Program-made: the position numbers and the translations under genes
Sequence record: PX104380.1
Length of the DNA stretch: 64,000 nt
Reading direction: 5' to 3' (one strand)
Source of the DNA: a phage
In this document: one piece after another, positions 61,621 to 64,000 of the stretch
Layout: each line of letters starts with the position of its first letter
How positions within the stretch are numbered: the stretch's first letter is position 1
The notes under the pieces: generated by a model
What the model saw: the letters and a program-made list of their open reading frames with translations, nothing else
What the model was told of the DNA's origin: nothing
Databases searched by the model: none

Positions 61621-62340
61621 TTAGGATTCTTCTAAATGTCTTTTCTGAAAAGTTGATACCATACTACGATACGGTTCATTTGGATACCCGTGTTTTATAG
61701 CTTCCTTTGTAAATTTTCTCCATCCATATTTAGTTTCTTTCCAAAGCTCGAATAATTCATCTTCATACTGCCATATAGTTAAATGAGAACGCTTTGCAGC
61801 TTTAATTCCATTAATATGCTTTTCTTTTACTACAGGATTGCTTAGTTTCTTTTTAATAATATTACTAACTTTTCTAACAAAAACTGGGTCCTTATATCGT
61901 TGCGAAGTTTTTATTGAAGTGTTTAATTTAGCTTCCGGTGTGGATGTGACCTCTTTCATCTTTTTCTTCATATGCTGTATATGATTAGGATTTTTCCATA
62001 AATTTATAGAATGCTTTTTGCATTTTATCCTAGTTTCATCTGCAACCTTTCCTCCTTCACCTCCGTATGACAGGTTAACACAGTTTTTTCCATATTTCAA
62101 TTTACCTGCCATGATATATAATATTTCAGCTTGTACCATTTTATCATAATTATCAAAAACTTCTAAAACCGTTTTTGATAATATGTGGTCATTTGACACT
62201 TTTACACGTTCTATATAATTTCCACTACCAACATACGAATCATTGATGTTATTAGTTATATGTCGACCATAATAGTATTTCTTAATACCTGTCTTTAAAT
62301 TTAATATTTCAGTTTTATAGATAGTAAAATATTTTTTCAT
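61621..62340 (-). CDS. GIY-YIG (Seg-like) homing endonuclease candidate
   Basis: 239 aa; N-terminal YFTIYKTEILN...YYYGRH...YVGSG; C-terminal module shared with ORFs at 24831 and 40597. Confidence 0.6.
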   Translation of the reverse strand: MKKYFTIYKTEILNLKTGIKKYYYGRHITNNINDSYVGSGNYIERVKVSNDHILSKTVLEVFDNYDKMVQAEILYIMAGKLKYGKNCVNLSYGGEGGKVADETRIKCKKHSINLWKNPNHIQHMKKKMKEVTSTPEAKLNTSIKTSQRYKDPVFVRKVSNIIKKKLSNPVVKEKHINGIKAAKRSHLTIWQYEDELFELWKETKYGWRKFTKEAIKHGYPNEPYRSMVSTFQKRHLEES

Positions 62341-63305
62341 TTTAATAATACCGTTTCAGCAATTTCTTCCCAATGATTTTTGTCGGTCATAATAAAGTCA
62401 GCAAGATAAAGAGCAGTACGCAGTGAAACATTGCGTAAACGATTAACATTGACTTTCATCCATGATAATGCTTTATAAGTTTCTTCATCAGAAAGACCGC
62501 GCTTTTGCATCATGTCAGTTGAAAGAATAACATCTTCAACCCTGACCATAATTTCTTCATTAGTGTGAACACCCAAATCCAAATAAACTGAGCGGGACAC
62601 TAATGCTTGTAAATGTGGAGCAAGTTTAGTACCACGGTCTAATTCGCGGTCAATGTCAACGTTTGTGATAAAAACAATCGTTCCTTTAAATTCAAACTCA
62701 CGCTCAATGCCTTTTTCTTCTAAGTAAGAAGATGCGGTGCTCCAGCAGACTTTACGGGTCTCTCCAGTGTCCAGAGCAGCTTTCAGAAGATTAAGAATGT
62801 CCATATCAGAGAAAACATCCACATCATCAATCAAAAGGACAGAATTCTCTTCACGATTATTCCAAAGCTGTTCATAAAGACCGATACCAGAGATTTTACC
62901 ATTAATGCTTTTATACTCAATGTATCCAATATCATTTGCTTTATTTAAAGCTTTATCTAAAGAATACGTTTTACCAATACCCGCCGCGCCAGAGATAATT
63001 AATGAACGAATGTTTCCGTTAATAATACCATTCGTCATCATTCCCATAACATTAAATCTTTTATTAATGCGGGTTTTCATATCTTCATACGATTCTTTAA
63101 CTTCTTCAACTTTTACACCATCATATGAAATGTCTGATTTGTAAACCCAAACACCGCGACGTTTACCGTCAATTTCAACAAAAACTTTACCATCTCCTTG
63201 TGCATCTACTGGAGCATTATCAGGGAACCACTCACCTAAGAGTTCAAAGGTTCCAGAGATTTCTTTGCCAAAGTAAATACCCTTATTGATAGTTACAGTT
63301 TTCAT
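62337..63305 (-). CDS. P-loop NTPase (AAA-like)
   Basis: 322 aa from ATG 63305; Walker A GAAGIGKT, Walker B LLIDDVD; track extension reads through a terminator hairpin. Confidence 0.55.
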   Translation of the reverse strand: MKTVTINKGIYFGKEISGTFELLGEWFPDNAPVDAQGDGKVFVEIDGKRRGVWVYKSDISYDGVKVEEVKESYEDMKTRINKRFNVMGMMTNGIINGNIRSLIISGAAGIGKTYSLDKALNKANDIGYIEYKSINGKISGIGLYEQLWNNREENSVLLIDDVDVFSDMDILNLLKAALDTGETRKVCWSTASSYLEEKGIEREFEFKGTIVFITNVDIDRELDRGTKLAPHLQALVSRSVYLDLGVHTNEEIMVRVEDVILSTDMMQKRGLSDEETYKALSWMKVNVNRLRNVSLRTALYLADFIMTDKNHWEEIAETVLLK

Positions 63306-63333
63306 TTTATTCTCCAAATCTGTATCAGTTGAT

Positions 63334-63390
63334 AGTTGTATAGTACCATAAAGCTTTATGCTTGTAAACAACTTTGTGAAAAATTTTTGA
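63334..63390 (-). promoter_or_regulatory. Early promoter module
   Basis: GTTTAC (63364-63369), 18-bp spacer, TGGTACTAT (63340-63348). Confidence 0.6.
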
Positions 63391-63419
63391 AATAAAAAAA
63401 GGGAGCCCGAAGGCTCCCT
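63391..63419 (-). terminator. Intrinsic terminator
   Basis: - strand GGGAGCC-TTCG-GGCTCCC followed by TTTTTTTATTT. Confidence 0.75.
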
Positions 63420-63420
63420 A

Positions 63421-63999
63421 TCATTTATAATAACTTCGATGGTTTTCAAGATAGACCTTCTCAAGGAAGTCATCCCAGAAACTCATATCTACCTTATCAG
63501 GCATACCGTTCTTAGAAGCTTCAGTAGATGCTGCTTCTACTTGATCAACCACATCTTCCAAAAACTCTTGAACTGTTTTAAATGGATGTTTACCCAGCTT
63601 CACGTCGAGAATAAATGGAGCATCTTGAAGTGGATAAATTAAGTCGCCAGTTTTGTAAATTTCCAATAGTTGGAGTCCACCACGACAAGCATGACTCAAA
63701 GCTTTCCAGTCAATGCCTTCATTGGCTTCGGCTTTACGAGCACGTTCACCGTATTCAGCATCTAATTTGTTCAGTGACTGCTTAAGCTCAATAAGAGAAA
63801 GCGTTGTCTGATATTTACGACCCAACACAGTGTAGAACGTTTGTGGGCCTGTTTTCTCATGATTATGGAACACCCATTCACAGAATTCGTTTTCTGGAAG
63901 ACGATGCTTAATATCTTCAATTTTAGTGCGACGTTGTCCTTGTGTTCCATCTTCTCGGTAGACATTCCGTTGATCAGGAATTTGATTAATTACTTTCAA
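63421..63999 (-). CDS. Hypothetical protein, probably N-terminally truncated by window edge
   Basis: ORF runs to window end; the first codon is TTG. Confidence 0.45.
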   Translation of the reverse strand: MKVINQIPDQRNVYREDGTQGQRRTKIEDIKHRLPENEFCEWVFHNHEKTGPQTFYTVLGRKYQTTLSLIELKQSLNKLDAEYGERARKAEANEGIDWKALSHACRGGLQLLEIYKTGDLIYPLQDAPFILDVKLGKHPFKTVQEFLEDVVDQVEAASTEASKNGMPDKVDMSFWDDFLEKVYLENHRSYYK

Positions 64000-64000
64000 C

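Noticed and set aside
5000-63400. Possibility that the recurring 30-40-bp elements are a CRISPR array or mobile-element termini
   Set aside because: Copies are tens of kb apart, not regularly spaced, and each has promoter architecture (-35, spacer, -10) facing a gene; no direct-repeat/spacer organisation
62337-63473. 378-aa version of the P-loop NTPase ORF
   Set aside because: The N-terminal extension translates through the terminator hairpin and the early promoter; the ATG at 63305 with GGAG is the credible start

Overview
This 64-kb window is a contiguous piece of a T-even (T4-like, Tequatrovirus-type) myovirus genome. All calls are from reading the sequence and ORF track against remembered T4 biology; no database search was run. 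The left 2.3 kb carries late genes on the + strand: the 3' end of long tail fibre gene 37, a glycine-rich T2/T6-type gp38 adhesin and holin t. The rest is the early/middle replication and host-takeover block on the - strand, in T4 order: asiA, arn, motA, 52, denB, rIIB, rIIA, 39, dexA, dda, srd-like, modA, modB, soc, 56, 61, sp, dmd, 41, 40, uvsX, a glycosyltransferase, 42, imm, 43, regA, 62, 44, 45, rpbA, 46, 47, a-gt, 55, nrdG, nrdD, 49, pin, nrdC and a run of nrdC-distal ORFs. Gene 39 is a single 605-aa ORF (no gene 60 split) and nrdD is intronless. Four free-standing homing-endonuclease-like genes are interspersed. About 14 copies of a conserved early-promoter module and a family of UUCG-tetraloop hairpins punctuate the intergenic regions. 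No rRNA, tRNA, CRISPR array or transposon was seen. The most distinctive items are a lone + strand late-promoter-driven membrane ORF between 56 and 61, a four-member coiled-coil paralog family at 56.2-60.2 kb, a C-terminal module shared by endonucleases of two catalytic families, and several unannotated small ORFs. I found no single obviously novel multi-gene system.
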